Source of the DNA: Trichoplax adhaerens
Lineage: Eukaryota; Animalia; Placozoa
NCBI RefSeq assembly: GCF_000150275.1
Contig: NW_002060956.1
Location: 124,001 to 188,000 of the forward strand
Direction of reading: 5' to 3'
DNA length: 64,000 nt
Shown: positions 29,417-43,708 of the stretch, in pieces
Layout of the letters: the number at the start of each line of letters is the position of its first letter
How positions within the stretch are numbered: position 1 is the stretch's first letter
Translations under genes and position numbers: made by a program
The notes under the pieces: generated by a model
The model's input: only the letters and a program-made list of their open reading frames with translations
What the model was told of the DNA's origin: nothing
Databases searched by the model: none

Positions 29417-29954
29417 AGAAAAGAAGCTAAATAGTCTTTCTAGCAGCTAGTCTAAAAATAAAACTAATACAGAAAATTCTCTCATCCACGGATCACTTAC
29501 CGTTCAATTACATACAGTATATTCATTAATAGTCAAGGACTTGCAGATGTTAAGCTTGCAGCATCTCGATGGGGTCTTGAACAGTTATTGTCAACAACAG
29601 AATATTACTTTTTAATGAACTTATCATTAATTTGAGCTGTATATTTACGCGTATAATACATTGTATCACAAACAGTTGTATGTACACTACATCTATATCC
29701 ATATACAATTTTTACGGTTTTATCATAGCAGAGGACAAAATATCAGTCCTTGGTTGCCTATCGTCCTATGCATGATATTCCAAATATTGAGAATCAGGCG
29801 TACATCATTTTACAATTCTCTATCGCTTGATCATTGATTGACGCAGTTGTGCCAATCCATTCTACCCTTTTATAGCCTACGCTATACGTATACTAATATT
29901 TATACAATGCAAGACAGCGACAGTCTATGTCATTAATTCACATGGCAAATACAG

Positions 29955-30940
29955 TTATTCCTCCAAGCCTTCATCATCAAATGATAGCAATTTTGTATTC
30001 TTGATGCTCTTCATGTCACTCTTTTTAGATTTTCCATCCGAACTAGCCGAACTTTTCGTCGAAAATTTACTATTATTTCGTTCATTCGAATTTTCACTGC
30101 TCTTGGCTCTCTTTTTGAATACGTGTTTAGTCCCGGACACCTCGCTTGTAGATTCATGCTCTTCGTCTATTTAATTATATTACATTTTAAATAAACAATC
30201 ATATTGAAGCTTGTAGAATATGTATTTCATTATTCAAGTATTGCTCTATAACTATCAATATCCATTGCATTTTTTTAATGCGATTGCAACACATTAAAGT
30301 TACCAAGTAGATAGTCGATTACTGACTACTATACTGTACTGTGCAGTGTACACTGTGCATATAATATAGCACGTTTCGAGCAGTCTAAATTTGGACAAGA
30401 TAATAACTGAATTAGTAAACCGCAAATCAGAAGACTGTACTTTTTACAGTCCCTGGTAGAGCACTGCTGAACTGATTGGAATTGTTCACCTACATCACGG
30501 TTATCAGATACGCGCAGATGGTATAGATAGCTTCAACTTCGAGTAGAGTAGACAAGTAATGGACGTAAAATAGCACCAATATCCCTATTGACTGTACCGT
30601 ATTTCACTAACTTCAAGGTAATAGTTTCATATGATCGATTGTATTTGCGTCTATGATCAATATAATCTATAATCATACCGTCATGTTGCCTTTTTTGAGA
30701 AAGTTGCTCCTTAAATCGATCGGCTTCATCACAAGTTACTTCCTTAGGATCAAAGACGACAACAGGCTGTTCGTCTTCTCGATCAATTTCATCTTGTAAA
30801 TCTTCCAAAGTTGGTATATTCTTTTTAGTATTTATGGTCGGTTCATCGACATAATTTACTTTATCTTTAAACTTCTGTATGAATTTAGGCACTTGAGGTT
30901 TGATATAATTTACGTCGCTTCGACGACCACGACCAGCCAT
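29955..30940 (-). CDS. KIAA1143: KIAA1143 homologue (DUF4604 family), 2 exons: 30940-30679, 30166-29955
   Basis: N-terminus MAGRGRRSDVNYIKPQVPKFIQKFKDKVNYVDEPTINTKK, internal DREDEQPVVV, and C-terminus KNTKLLSFDDE match the KIAA1143/DUF4604 pattern. Phase-1 GT-AG intron at 30678-30167. Confidence 0.88.
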
Positions 30941-31590
30941 TTGCGTATATGATATTGACAGGCCGATGATATTTTCCTGTGAGTAGACTGACACTCCACT
31001 CCGACCCAGGCAGATGGACGTACGGATACCCATTTACGTATATTGATTGATACTGACAGGCCGATGTTTTCCTGCGAGTAGACTGTTACTCAACTCCGAC
31101 CCAGGCTGATGGACGTACGGACACCAACTCAACTATACTGTATCGTAGTTCCGTCGCTTCGACGACTGCGACCAGCCATTTATGTACAGTATATTGGCTT
31201 GATATTGACAGCCCTACGTTTTCCTGTGAGTAGACTGTCGCTCAACTCCGACCCAGGCAGATGGACGTGCGGACACCCATTTACGTAGATTGATTGATAT
31301 TGACAGGCCGATGTTTTCCTGCGAGTAGACTGTTACTCAACTCCGACCCAGGCCGATGGACGTACGGACACCAACTCAACTATAGTTCCGTCGCTTCGAC
31401 GACTACGACCAGCCATTTACGTACAGTATATTGGATTGATATTGACAGGCCTATGTTTTCCTGTGAGTAGATTAACGTATATTGATTGATATTGACAGGC
31501 CGATGTTTTCCTGTGGGTAGACTGTCACAGTGTCACTCAACCTCAACTTAACTTGACCCAGGCCGATGGACGTGCGGACACCAACTCAAG
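30913..31590. repeat. Higher-order tandem array: 3 units of about 238 bp (starts 30913, 31152, 31389), each with two subunits of about 85 bp, overlapping the KIAA1143 start codon
   Basis: CGTCGCTTCGACGAC..CGACCAGCCATTT occurs 3 times. The subunit GATA.TGACAG.CC...TTTTCCTG.G.GTAGA... occurs 6 times (one copy truncated), most copies continuing to GACCCAGGC.GATGGACGT.CGGA. Confidence 0.93.
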
Positions 31591-31837
31591 TGTACAGTAC
31601 ACTTCAACAGTACATAGTATTGAACTGGTTGTACAATGTACTGTACGCTTATACGGTGCTGTACTGTACTGTACAGTACACTGTAACCGTAGAGGTTATG
31701 ACAGTATCGCAAACAGCCCTTGAGTATCATATCAATCACAAGCTCACGTTGAGCTCCACGCTGTCTTATTACAGCTCCATCAATGCAATCAATGATTCCA
31801 TACTGTACTGTTAATTGAGGCAGAATTGGATGCGATC
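31590..31837. promoter_or_regulatory. Putative bidirectional promoter (KIAA1143 / IPO4) with TACAG/ACAGT tract
   Basis: Head-to-head ATGs at 30940 (-) and 31838 (+), with a cluster of TACAGTAC/GTACTGTA at 31592-31690 and 31800-31810. Confidence 0.55.
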
Positions 31838-34800
31838 ATGGCCCAAAACGAAGCTGCTAAACTTGAAAATATACTTGGCAGGCTGTTAACACCGGATAAT
31901 ACAGTCATTCAACAGGTTTAAATTGATCTTAACATTTCGTTCATGATATCATGTTATAAAGAGACTAAATTTAGAAATGTTCTACAAACACAGTCGAGCA
32001 CGGTATGCATGATTTTCATAGGAAAAAAACTTGTCAAATTTTAGGGCTAACAGTGAAAGTGAGTGAGTTGATCATTAGCTTTAAGCCTGATAGATGACAG
32101 TGTATAAAACTGCAATCGCTATAGTAAACCAATTCTATTGAACGGGATACTCACCTAGGACTATAGGAATGAATTAAAATTTCAATTTGAATCGTTTATG
32201 CATGAATCGAAAATGAAGTACTTGTAATTTTAGATGCAGCCGACCCACCCATCATTGAATCTCCTCAATCAGCGATAGTCAACCCGTTGCTTAGCTGAAT
32301 TGCCAATTTTTAGCTGTATACCCTAGTAACACTATAAAACGCAAATGGCACTGCAACACGAGCCATTAACCACTAGGTGTGCAGCTGTTACCATGGAACT
32401 AAGATCTGATTTGTTCACGTATACTGTACAATGGATAAATATGGACGTAGATATACGTATGAACTAAAATTGATTACATCGAAGAGTGTACAATGTACAT
32501 TTTTGAACCTGATATACCCAAGTTATGACAGTGAAGGCATTCATCCACTGTATTAAGTGCAGTCATAAATTAGCCATTTTTTCTTCATAGCCACTGTACT
32601 GACTGCATAGACACAGTACAGTAGGAGTAGCACAAAATCAGAAACCAAATTTACAGTAACATAAGACCTTACACAATACAGTCGATCATTAATAGCTCTA
32701 GACGTATAATTAATTTAATCAATCATTTATATACAGTAAACTATGATGATGAATAATACGGTTCTGCAAGCTTTTGCTATTGATTGTACTGTAATTAGTT
32801 CGAGTCATCTTGTTGTAGAAGCTAATGCTAAGGATATATTCACTGTAAGATACTAATTATGACCTTCTCAGATTAGTCAAGCAAGTAATAAAGAAATTTT
32901 CTAACGCATCTTGGGAAATTATTCTATCATACGAATACTCTATTCTTCTTAGGCTACCACAGAATTGAAGGAAATCCTTAAATCTCCTGCCGTAATAGGA
33001 CAACTTGCTTCTTTGTTAACCGTTTCCCAATTTCCACAAGTGAGAAATGTTGCTTTTTTCTATCTTTTCATATGTTTACGAAGCAGGAAAACTGTACGAT
33101 TCTTATCTTTTGACCAATCTTCTGTGACCCACTACACATATATAAAAAATCATTAAATCTATTAGCTAATTTATATCTTATAAAGGTTCGACAGTATGCC
33201 GCTATCTTACTTAGACGAAAGATATCAAAGTTGTGGAATAAATTGGATTCTGATTCACGTTTCAGGTAATTTAAACCTAACATGCCCGAATATACCGACG
33301 TTAATCGTGCAACAAATTCTGTATGCCTCATCTATTAAATATAAATCATGCAGTAGACGTGAATGTACCTCTGAACTGGAGAACTTAATAAGCCATCACC
33401 AAAAATCATTAAAAAATATTTAACATTTTTGCAAGCAGAACTCTTATAATATGTTCGTCAATAATAATGGCAATATCATGTTACGTACATTTTGAGTAGC
33501 CTCTAAAATATCGCAATTTAAGATCAACGAACGCTAACGTTAGAGTAAAGGTGTTTAGAACACTAGTAATTACCTTAATAGATATATGGCGGTATTACAT
33601 GCAGTCAGTGAAACAATTGATTATACTAGCACACATGTTCATATACTCATATAATGCATTAATACTTTTACAATACGTAGGATGAAGCAATTATGTTTAC
33701 AAGCATTGACACAAGAATCAATGTAAGTCTGAAAATGAAATAAATGTAACACTACTGTACTCATATGCTATCTCTAAACGTTGCTGTGTTGATTTAGTAT
33801 TCCTAATATGAGATATTTACTGCTTGTAAGTAATATATAGACTGTAGACCATAATAAATTATATTATGGTATCAAGTACAATGAAATATCAAGCTCTGGC
33901 TAAAAATAGCTCAAGGGTTAATTAATTTTAATTAGTACTTACCTTTATTCTCAAATATAGCAAAATCGTTCAACACTCTATCGCCGAAATTGTAAGTTTT
34001 TATCGATGATAATGAAATTTCTTCTTCTGCTGTACTATAAACCTGTATGTTATCAATTACTCTATTTTACAAATGCCATGTATAAACATACACATTTGCA
34101 CTATACCTAGATAAGCGTAATTGCAAAATACGACTTACCTGAAGGAAATTGGAATGAGTTGATGATCCTTCTTAGTGAGTATACCAAAAGTCCCGATGGA
34201 AAGCTAGTAGAAGTAAGGAGTTATTCGACAGTTGAGATAACAAAATTTCAGTAGTACATTGATTACTGCGATATTTAACAGTCTACTCTTGAATTTGTCA
34301 CCTCCAATTAGATTGGAATGCACGTGTTAAAATCTATTTCGTCTAATGGTGGAGAAACGGTAATCATAATTTTGAAGCAATATTAATCTTCATTATCATA
34401 TGAGAATTAAATCATGTCATTAAATCCGGAGTTAATTGAAAATAGCAAATTAACCCCCGTCACATTGATTCTATTACAGCTAAAACCTTATTTGTCGTCA
34501 CTATTTCCTTTATTTGGTGCTTGCCTAAGTAATACTGACAACGTCATTATAAGCTCATATGCTTTAGAGTAAGTCGAATACATTTATACTGGCATAGGTC
34601 TTCAGCTAATGTTTATCATAAGGCCTTGTATATAGTAATACCATATTCATTTTTTCAGAGTAATGACCAATATTATGGATTATTTAGGTCCTAATGATAT
34701 TGTAAGTTTGGCTGCAGATATTTGTTCAGTACTCATACATAGTCATTATTAGTTAAGGATCACATATATGAACTACTATGGCAATATATCTATTCATGAG

Positions 34801-37800
34801 CTACAGTTATGTTCGACGTATGAAATTTTATTTAATGAATAAGATATCTCTCTAGGCTATCATAAAACCTTTCATTCCCAAAGCCATAGATGTTATAAAG
34901 AAACTGTTAACAACTGATGAGGTACAGCACTATAATTTTAATATACGGATGAAATTTTGCATGAACTAGCAGAATGATACTAAAATCTTAAATCCATTAT
35001 CACATAGATCAGAGCTCAAGAAGCTATGGAATTCTTCGACCAAATAGCAGAGTCTAATATTAACTTGTTAAATTCCAATCTATTAGAAGTTATTCAATTT
35101 TGTCTTCAGGTAAAATCTAGATGGTATCCTTTATTGTCGGTTACTATTACGGTTAAAGTTATTATAAATTACTTTACATATTTCATAAGCGATAGAAATA
35201 TAGATCTTATTGCCACTATATTAGTACGAATTACTTCCCCATTTTAGATTGCTCAAAATGATCAATTTGAAGACAGCACACGTTGCAAAGCCTTATCGTT
35301 TATAAGTTGGGTAACAACTCTTAAAAAGAAGGTACTGTTAGATATCTATTCATTCCTAAATGTTTCCATTCCTTCGATTAAAATAAGTTATTTTTAAATG
35401 TTTACAGTCGATGTTAAGATTAAACCTGGTTCCAACGGTACTGGAAGTGATATTTCCTATATTGTCATCTTCTGCTTCGAGCGATGACACTGATATGGAT
35501 GATGATGAAAGTGAAAACTCTGTTGTAACGAATGCTGGGCAGGTATATTAATAGTAGCAAACAAGATCCATTACTATGCTACCTTGAATTTCTTATCAAA
35601 ATACGCGCTTTGCAATCGATAACTACGAAATTTATGTTTTTATTTGTTACTCACTAGCTTATTGACGTCTTTGCCCTACATCTACCGCCTGAAACGTTCT
35701 TCTCTTTCTTAGTAAGTAGCATCTTATCGCTAAATTCATAAATTGATATAAAATAGATAAATATACGAGAATATTTACGGTGTACATACAGGCTTATCAG
35801 AATCTCTACATTTTTTCAGTTTCCTTATATTGATCGATACTTCAATAGCCAGGAACCTTTAAAAGTGAAAGCCGCACTTGTTTCTATCGCTGTCGTGGCT
35901 GAAGGCTGCAGTGAATATATACGATTCAAGTAAAGGCTATATATTCATATGTACCCATTCTTGTTTTAATAATCTTTATCACCATATGCTATTAATGTAC
36001 ATTATTTGTATTTTTTATGCCGTAAAAACAACTACTGTAGATTGTTAGATAGAATGGTTATGTGCATTGGGAAAGGTAAGAATATAAGACTTATATAAAT
36101 GGTTAATCAATTACCTTATCCTTAAGGTTTACAATATTATCAAATTTTAGGTATAGAAAGCCATCATGAGATCGTACAGAACGCTGCATTGTATGCTTTG
36201 GGACAATTTGCTATGTATTTACAGGTAAAGTTACCTAATCAAATCTCTAGTAGCATTCTAATCGTCATAAAAAAATTTCTATTTTTCAATTATTTTTGCA
36301 GCCCGATGTAAATAAATATGCACCAAATATACTGCCACTACTATTCAATCATTTGGGGAATCTAGTTAAGAAAGCCACTGCTAACAAAACTTTCGCAATC
36401 TCACGTGCCTACTATGCGCTTGAACAATTCTGTGAACATTTAGGTAAGTAATTGTGGTAATTGTCATGCATACTTAATGAAGAAGTTGATCTAAACAAAA
36501 TTATTTCCATTAACAGATGCCGATATTAATCCATATCTTCAGTCCCTTCTAGAAATGCTTTTAGCGACTTTGAATAATACACAGGTAAAGTCACACAATC
36601 ATACTACAGTAGATCAAGTTCTGAGTTCTGAAATACAGGACTGCGAAATACCTCAATGATAGATCAGAAGCGATTTCACATACATCATATAAAACTATAA
36701 TAATTCTAATAAGAATATACTTTTCTTGATTACATTATCGATTTAGATTTCGTTTATTAAAGAATTAGCCATAAGTGCTCTCGGCGCTACAGGTTTTCTA
36801 CTTAGCTTTTATCTTGAACGAATCATTCATAATACTAGATTACATGTATTGTACGAATTTGACTGTTACGGAATATTTAAACAATTAAAAAACTTCTCTA
36901 AATGTACTTTTTTTTCTCAGTTAATGCTGCCAAAGATGCAATTAGACCGTATTTTCAGGGCATTGTGGACATTTTAAAAGTTAGCTAACTGTTACTTTCT
37001 TCCTTACGTTATACTTAGTTGCTTATGTATAAATTTGACCTTCTCATATTTAGCCTTATATCATATTGCACGTGGCCGATTCCGGAGAATGTTTTGACTT
37101 AAGACTTCAGGCCATTGGTACGAATACTACTCAACAAATATTGCTTTAATAAAATCTAATTTGTTCTCTTATAGATGATTTACCAAAAAGCTTATTTTAT
37201 CGCATTGATTCATTGTAGTAAATGTTTCTATCATATGATTGTGTGTTATAAGATACCCTTGGGTGCCTAATTCGGTGCACCAATGAAGAAATTTTGGGCA
37301 GCTTTGCCGAAGAGTGTGTCCAATTAGGCCTGGTTAGATTTTTTTAACTAATAATGCAGTACTACACCGTAATGTATATATGGTCATTCTTACTAATTCT
37401 TACCCATAGAATCTTATTAATGAAGTTGATGATCCTGATTTAAGGCGGTGCATGTAAGCTATGCTTAGTACTCTTTACAGTAAATGTTCATATTCGTCTA
37501 CCTGATGAGTAATGTCATCTTAACATTTCCGCCTTAGATACTCACTCATAGCAGCGATCTCAAATCCCACTCCAAATGTTATTCGGAAATACATAAATAC
37601 AATTGCTATGCGTATGATCTCAAGCATTCAATCACGCGATGGACTCTTGGTATCTCACTACCAGTACACAATTCTTGATAGTAAAATTTTAATTTAGCTA
37701 ACATATTCTCAATTGGTTAGATTCCAACTGGTATTGGAGACGGTCCATTGTCTGGTCTTATAGACTTCGAAGATAACGGTAGTGATGATGACGATGATGA

Positions 37801-40637
37801 TAAGTAAGTAAATAACTTCTGTAAAAGGTATTGGGTCTATAGTAATCTTATCTAATTATATTAAATAGGTATTGCGAGGTTTCTAATGCGTTTCTCGCTG
37901 AGAAAGAAGATGCGTGCAATTCGATAAGTGAAATTGCAAAAAACATAGGGTAAGAAGTAATTCTGTATAGCAATTCTATATAGACTTTTATATAGTGTAC
38001 ACCTCACCCTGCATCCCTACAAAAAGTTGACATAGATAATAGCAGCTATTCGAATCTTCCTTGGAGTACACGATACTATTACCAATTGAAAAACTGCCAC
38101 ATGATGAATTGATTGATCTATGTCTTTAAATCAGTTACGGGGGATTGTTCGTAATATGCTAAATTGCATGATTTGCACAGAGAGTACTTTTTCGAGCTAG
38201 CTTTGCTCCCTTTTACACTGTTTTAGAAATATCAAAAGATTAACATAGTGATATCTAAATTAATCGTAACATTTTATGCTATATGGACTAAGCTACATCT
38301 TGCCAATCTTAATTAAATCACTCGATGTTACTAATTTCAAATAACTGATATTTTTCTAATGACGGACTATTGTCAATGCTATTACAATTTACAGTAATAG
38401 CTTCCTCCCCTATCTTGACGAATCATTAATTGAAGTTAACAAGTTGATAACGGTAGGTCTAAGCTATCTATTATACTCTTATAAATGCAGGACCAAACAT
38501 TGGCAAACTTGACGATTAGCATCATCTAATGTATTATTCACTTAAAAATAATAGTCTGAATGGGAAAATATCCGAAAAGCTGCAGTATCATGTTTAGCCA
38601 CACTTTGCCGCCTTCTGTATGCCTGCCACCTACAATTTAAGAGTGGAAGTGCACCAAGTAAGACTGTACATCAGATAATAAATTTTATCCTAAGATTTGG
38701 CATCCGTAACACCAAAATTTAATCTGAATTTTACTTACTACAGCGGTTTTTAAGGCGTTGGAGAATTTACTAAACACCGTAATACAGATAATTGGAGAAG
38801 ATCCAGATCGAATAGTGGTGATAGCTGCCTTGGCTGCTGCTGAAGAAATCATGCGTGATTTACGGGAAGACTTTGTAAACCAATGCCCAGAGTTATTTCC
38901 TGGATTTATCAGAATTGTAGCAAGAGTCTTAAACAATGGTGTTAGTGAATAATTTTTGGAGAATTCTCTTAGATTATTTTCACGTATAAATTGCTGCTAT
39001 TGTTCAAAATATTTCGTATACGCATAATAATAATAAAAAAAATTTATTATTAATGTGAATATTATTGATTTATAATTGATTTCGTTACAGGTTGCTTGTC
39101 AAGATAATAGCGATAATGGAGATGCAGAAGAAATTGATGAAGGCATTGTAAGCGAAAGCGTTAAGCAGTAGTAATGCGTACTACTTGTGTCATAAGAACT
39201 CTTTTGATCCAGAAAAAAAATTCCACTAAATATATCTTGCGTTTTGTGTTTTACATTTATATTAGGCGGAGTACGATGGATTGGTGGTAGAACACGCTGG
39301 TAATCTATTGCCAATAATTATAAATTTAGTGGGCGGAGAAAATTTTGCCCCTTCATTTGGTGAAATTTCGTCCTTACTAGTAAAAAGAAATGTAAGCTCA
39401 ATACTGATGCAGCAATATTTTTAAGAGTTTGCAGTAACTCTTATTTATATTTTTGTGTATTATATATCAACTGTTTGATAGCGTCCATCCTCTTCAGTAT
39501 CGGAGCGTTCGTTTGTTATAGGAACCTTAGCTGAGGTTGGTTAATCGATTTTCCATTATTGTAGTTAATATATTAAAGGCTAGCATGATATCAACGTTAA
39601 TATCAATACCACAATTGTGGAGTAGATGAGTGCTTCAATGAGGTCTGCAATAAAACCGTTCGTGAAAGATTTATATCCACTCTTTTTGTCATCAACTGAT
39701 GACGAAGAAGATGATGTTTGCAATAATGCAATTTATGGATTAGGTTTACTAGCGCAGCATGGTGATCAAGTTATGTACGGGTAGGTTATTATTGTTTTGT
39801 TTACCTTCGCCGACTATTGTAAAATAGTCGCAATTATCCAACTCTAATGTATAATTGTCCCTTTAATATAGAAACTACATGGCTATTTTACAAGCATTAT
39901 TTCGCGCAGCACCTAAACGAGGCAATAGATGCCGCCAACTATTGGATAATATATGTGCTTGTGTTTCCAGACTAATTATAGCAAATGATACACTTGTGCC
40001 TATAGATAATGTAAGTTTGCTGTAATTGCTATTCAGCCATCGTTAACGAGAAGTAGTTAAGCTTAATAATCATAATGCTATTATAATAAAACAATATCTG
40101 CTATCTGAATAGGTATTCCCACAAGTTGTATCTAATTTACCACTAGTAGTGGACAAGGAGGAAAACAAAGTAGTTTTTACAAGTATCCTCAAATTACTAA
40201 ATGCTGGACATGCTCAGGTATATTCATAACGAATTGTGAATTTTAGTGCAAATTTTTCTTTTGTCATAAAGGAATATAGGCTTTAATATAATCCGAAATA
40301 ATTTTTATTACTTATCGGTTAAGGTATTTAGCCATATGGACCGTTTAATAGTCATCTTCGCTACGGTATTATCTGACAGCGAAGTCGATGAGGGTAAATA
40401 ATTGAAAAAATATTATAGTGTTGCTTGTGTTAACGATGATTGTGCAGTACTGACTGCAGGAAATGTACTAATTCATATCGTATCTCATTCATGCTATTAG
40501 ATACTGTCACTATTATCCATCATATTGTAGCTAATGTGCGTCAGCGCTTTCCTGCCGAGTTTGATAAAGTCGTTGCAACGATGAATGCATCTCAGAAAGC
40601 TGCTATGCTAGCTGTTTTTGAAGGAAAATCCAGCTGA
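31838..40637 (+). CDS. IPO4: Importin-4 (karyopherin-beta family, HEAT repeats), about 38 exons
   Basis: The spliced N-terminus MAQNEAAKLENILGRLLTPDNTVIQQ|ATTELKEILKSP...PQ|VRQYAAILLRRKI is an IBN_N domain. Further IPO4-like segments: LALHLPPE, AVVAEGCSEYIR, NAALYALGQFA, DDPDLRRC, EKEDAC, SERSFVIGTLAE, NNAIYGLG, DNICACVSRLI, LPLVVDKEEN. Stop TGA at 40635-40637. Confidence 0.93.
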
Positions 40638-41025
40638 TTACAGAAGCAACTGTTTTTTCTAACCTAAATAATCGTACTGCGCAAAGCGTGTAAAAATCTT
40701 TCTTATTACTGCTTTGAGTCATTAGGCCCATATTTGCATAATAATTATTTAACTAAGTCAAATTATTACTGTACTCTACAATTCAATAAAGGCTATAATA
40801 ATTTACTACTCATTATAGATTTATCATCGTAGAAAATTTCTCATTATTCCAATCATGATATAGACAATGACCGAATGGCTACAAAAAATAGTTTCTTTGA
40901 CTGTTAAAGGTTAACTTTTCTATCATAACTTAGTCATTATTGATCTACATTATATCTAGTCTTTTCCTAATGGAGTCATACAGAAGGTGTCATTACGTAC
41001 GTATTGATAGATGCGAATATGCTGT

Positions 41026-41050
41026 CATATACATATACATATACATATAC
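41026..41050. repeat. (CATATA)4 microsatellite
   Basis: Read directly from the sequence. Confidence 0.85.
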
Positions 41051-43708
41051 AGATTAAGAACGTTATTAGACACGATGCTTTTTGATACTCATGACATATT
41101 CTGAAAAATGGTACAAATGATAAATAAATTTATGTTGCTAGTATGTAAGAAATAGGATTATAAAAGCTAATTACTTTTTGTGTATTGAAGTCCTTAGACA
41201 CTCTCCTTTTGGATATTCTTTATTATTTGCTAACCTTATTTACGTTATTACTTACTGAAATTTTCGTCCGGATCAATAATCTCTTGCGTGCTAATTTAAT
41301 TCAAATAATTTTGTAGCGCAGTAATTATAATGTGAATCTGTACCTTTGATACAGTATTATCATTGATGCTACGTATGCTCCTGAATCTATTGCCGCAAAT
41401 TCTATCCATCTTAGTAAGAAAAGGCCCAGAAAGTGTAGTAACGTATATCGTATGTTCTACCCTAGTTATCATATATCTGATCATAAAATTTGGAATAGCT
41501 ATGTAATAAAAATTATATCCGCACTTCCTAATTACTGAATATACTTAATAACAGTCAAATTCTATCCTTCTTTCTAACTGTAAACTAACTTTGACAGCTT
41601 TCGAGTATAATCGCGTCACCATTTTCGAGAAAGTTGTACTGTATGCTTTTACGAAACGTTCATGTCCGTTACTGTATTCCTTACCACTTAAAAGCTGCAA
41701 ATTACACATTTATAAGCGTTTCCGAATCTTCTCATCCTTCTGTATTAATCGTATAATGTACCAATCTCTCGCCTTATTGTATATTTATTAATCTCAGGAA
41801 ATAACCCGATATTCGAAAGTTGATCAAAATTACGGTACTTTTAGTAAAATACAAAATGACTAAGTTCGTTTAGAGCACTATTAGGGAAGTTTAAATGATG
41901 AAGTTTTGTATATAGACTTAGATAAGAGATATTGATCATTCAGTAGATATCGTAATTTATAAAAGCTATAGTGAATAGTAAAAAGGTCAAAATTGATCGA
42001 TAATTTGTTTCACTGATAGAAAGTACTGCGTTTGAAGTTCGTAACAGCTCGCTTTCAAATTTTTAGTCACCAATTTATTGCAATGGCTGCACCTCTAATC
42101 ATGTAATCCATGATAAGCCCCATACAGTCCTATAGTAAATATATTGATATAAATTATTAATAATAGGTCATTAATCGATTATAATTATTAACCTTGAGTT
42201 GCTATCCTTGCTTCCTTCACTGCATCATTGACCATATGATTGTAATTTATTTCTTAAAATTTCAACACATTATACCATTATTCCGCTATGTAGGGCGAAT
42301 TATTTGTGCCCTAACTTCCATATCTACTGAATCACTTCTTAGACTAATAGGTACCTGGCATGTACCCTATTAATTAATTAGCGTACAGTAGTTGTGGTGC
42401 CTTGAAATCAAAGATAGGCAATAAAATCTTTTAAACATTAAGCCAATTCAAACACTACTTCGATCTGACTTTGTCGTACTACATGTAGTAATTTATTGCT
42501 ACCATATTCGGAAGGTTAAATTGTCATAAACTTTAGGCGCCATTCTGAGGCTAGAAGGGAAATGCAGATGTCCAGTAAACTCAATGCTGTCCAAGTCTGT
42601 TCCGTAGTTATGCACAAAACGATTATTAATATGTAAGATACCGCAGTTTACCTAGAGATGTCAATCTGAAGCTTATTACACTACAGAATTTTATACCAGC
42701 GGCCTATTTACAACTATTCACCTGATTAGAATAAATCAGAAGTGAAGTATTGCTACTATGTACGTTTATGTGTAACTATGTAAATATTAGTAAGTATAAG
42801 AGTACATGATAGGTAAACAAAGTACAAATTAGTGATTTCATTGGATTAGTCATCTGCTGATACAGTGTTGCTTTTATTAATAAAGTAAGGTTAACTGTAG
42901 CATCAATTAAAAAAATAAAAAGTTGGATCATTCTTCCTTCACATTTTTATATACATAGAGCTAAACGCGTGATCCATCAGTATTACAAACACTGATACGA
43001 ATAGCATGGGTATAATTCATATTATATCCTGTGCATAAATGTTAGGACACTGAATAAGGTGTGTATGTGTTTTATTTCGTCTTACAGCCTAGGCAGATCA
43101 GTCAATTGCCATTGATGGTGCGGAAGTTATGCTATATCAGCTTGGATCATTGGCTACGTGATTGAACCTAATAAAAAGGTAAGCAACTCGTTCGTCCTTC
43201 ATCTGCAAACAATAGCTTCTAGAAGATAAAATTTTATTGATTTTAGGGTATCACAAGAGCGGAAAATTCTGTATACGAGTATGTTAAAGCAGTACACACA
43301 CGATGTGGTAACTACAATTATTGCAGTAAAGGTGCCAAATTGGCCAATCGTTCAAAGAAATTGATAAAATAGTTAATCTTTCCAAATTAAATTGCAGCGC
43401 CCTACTAGCCAAGAAGCCAGTTAAAATACATAACACAGCTACTGTAATTGTATTGTATGTAGCGTTGAATTACGCCCGAAAACTAAGTTATTTCCTTCTG
43501 TGATTAATTATGTACACAAATAATTGAAATCCATTTCACTCAGACATTTGAGTAACTCTGTTTCCAACACATACAATCAAAGATTTGTCAATTGCTATAC
43601 CGTATTAATAATATTATTATCATTGAATGAAATATAGAAACCAGCTCGGGATATAGAATAGTGCTACAGTATACCATGTTAGGTTTATGAAAATTCTCGA
43701 ATAATTGC

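Noticed and set aside
30941-31033. N-terminal extension MGIRTSICLGRSG... of ORF 30533-31033
   Set aside because: It derives from the tandem repeat subunit. Family similarity starts at MAGRGRR (30940).
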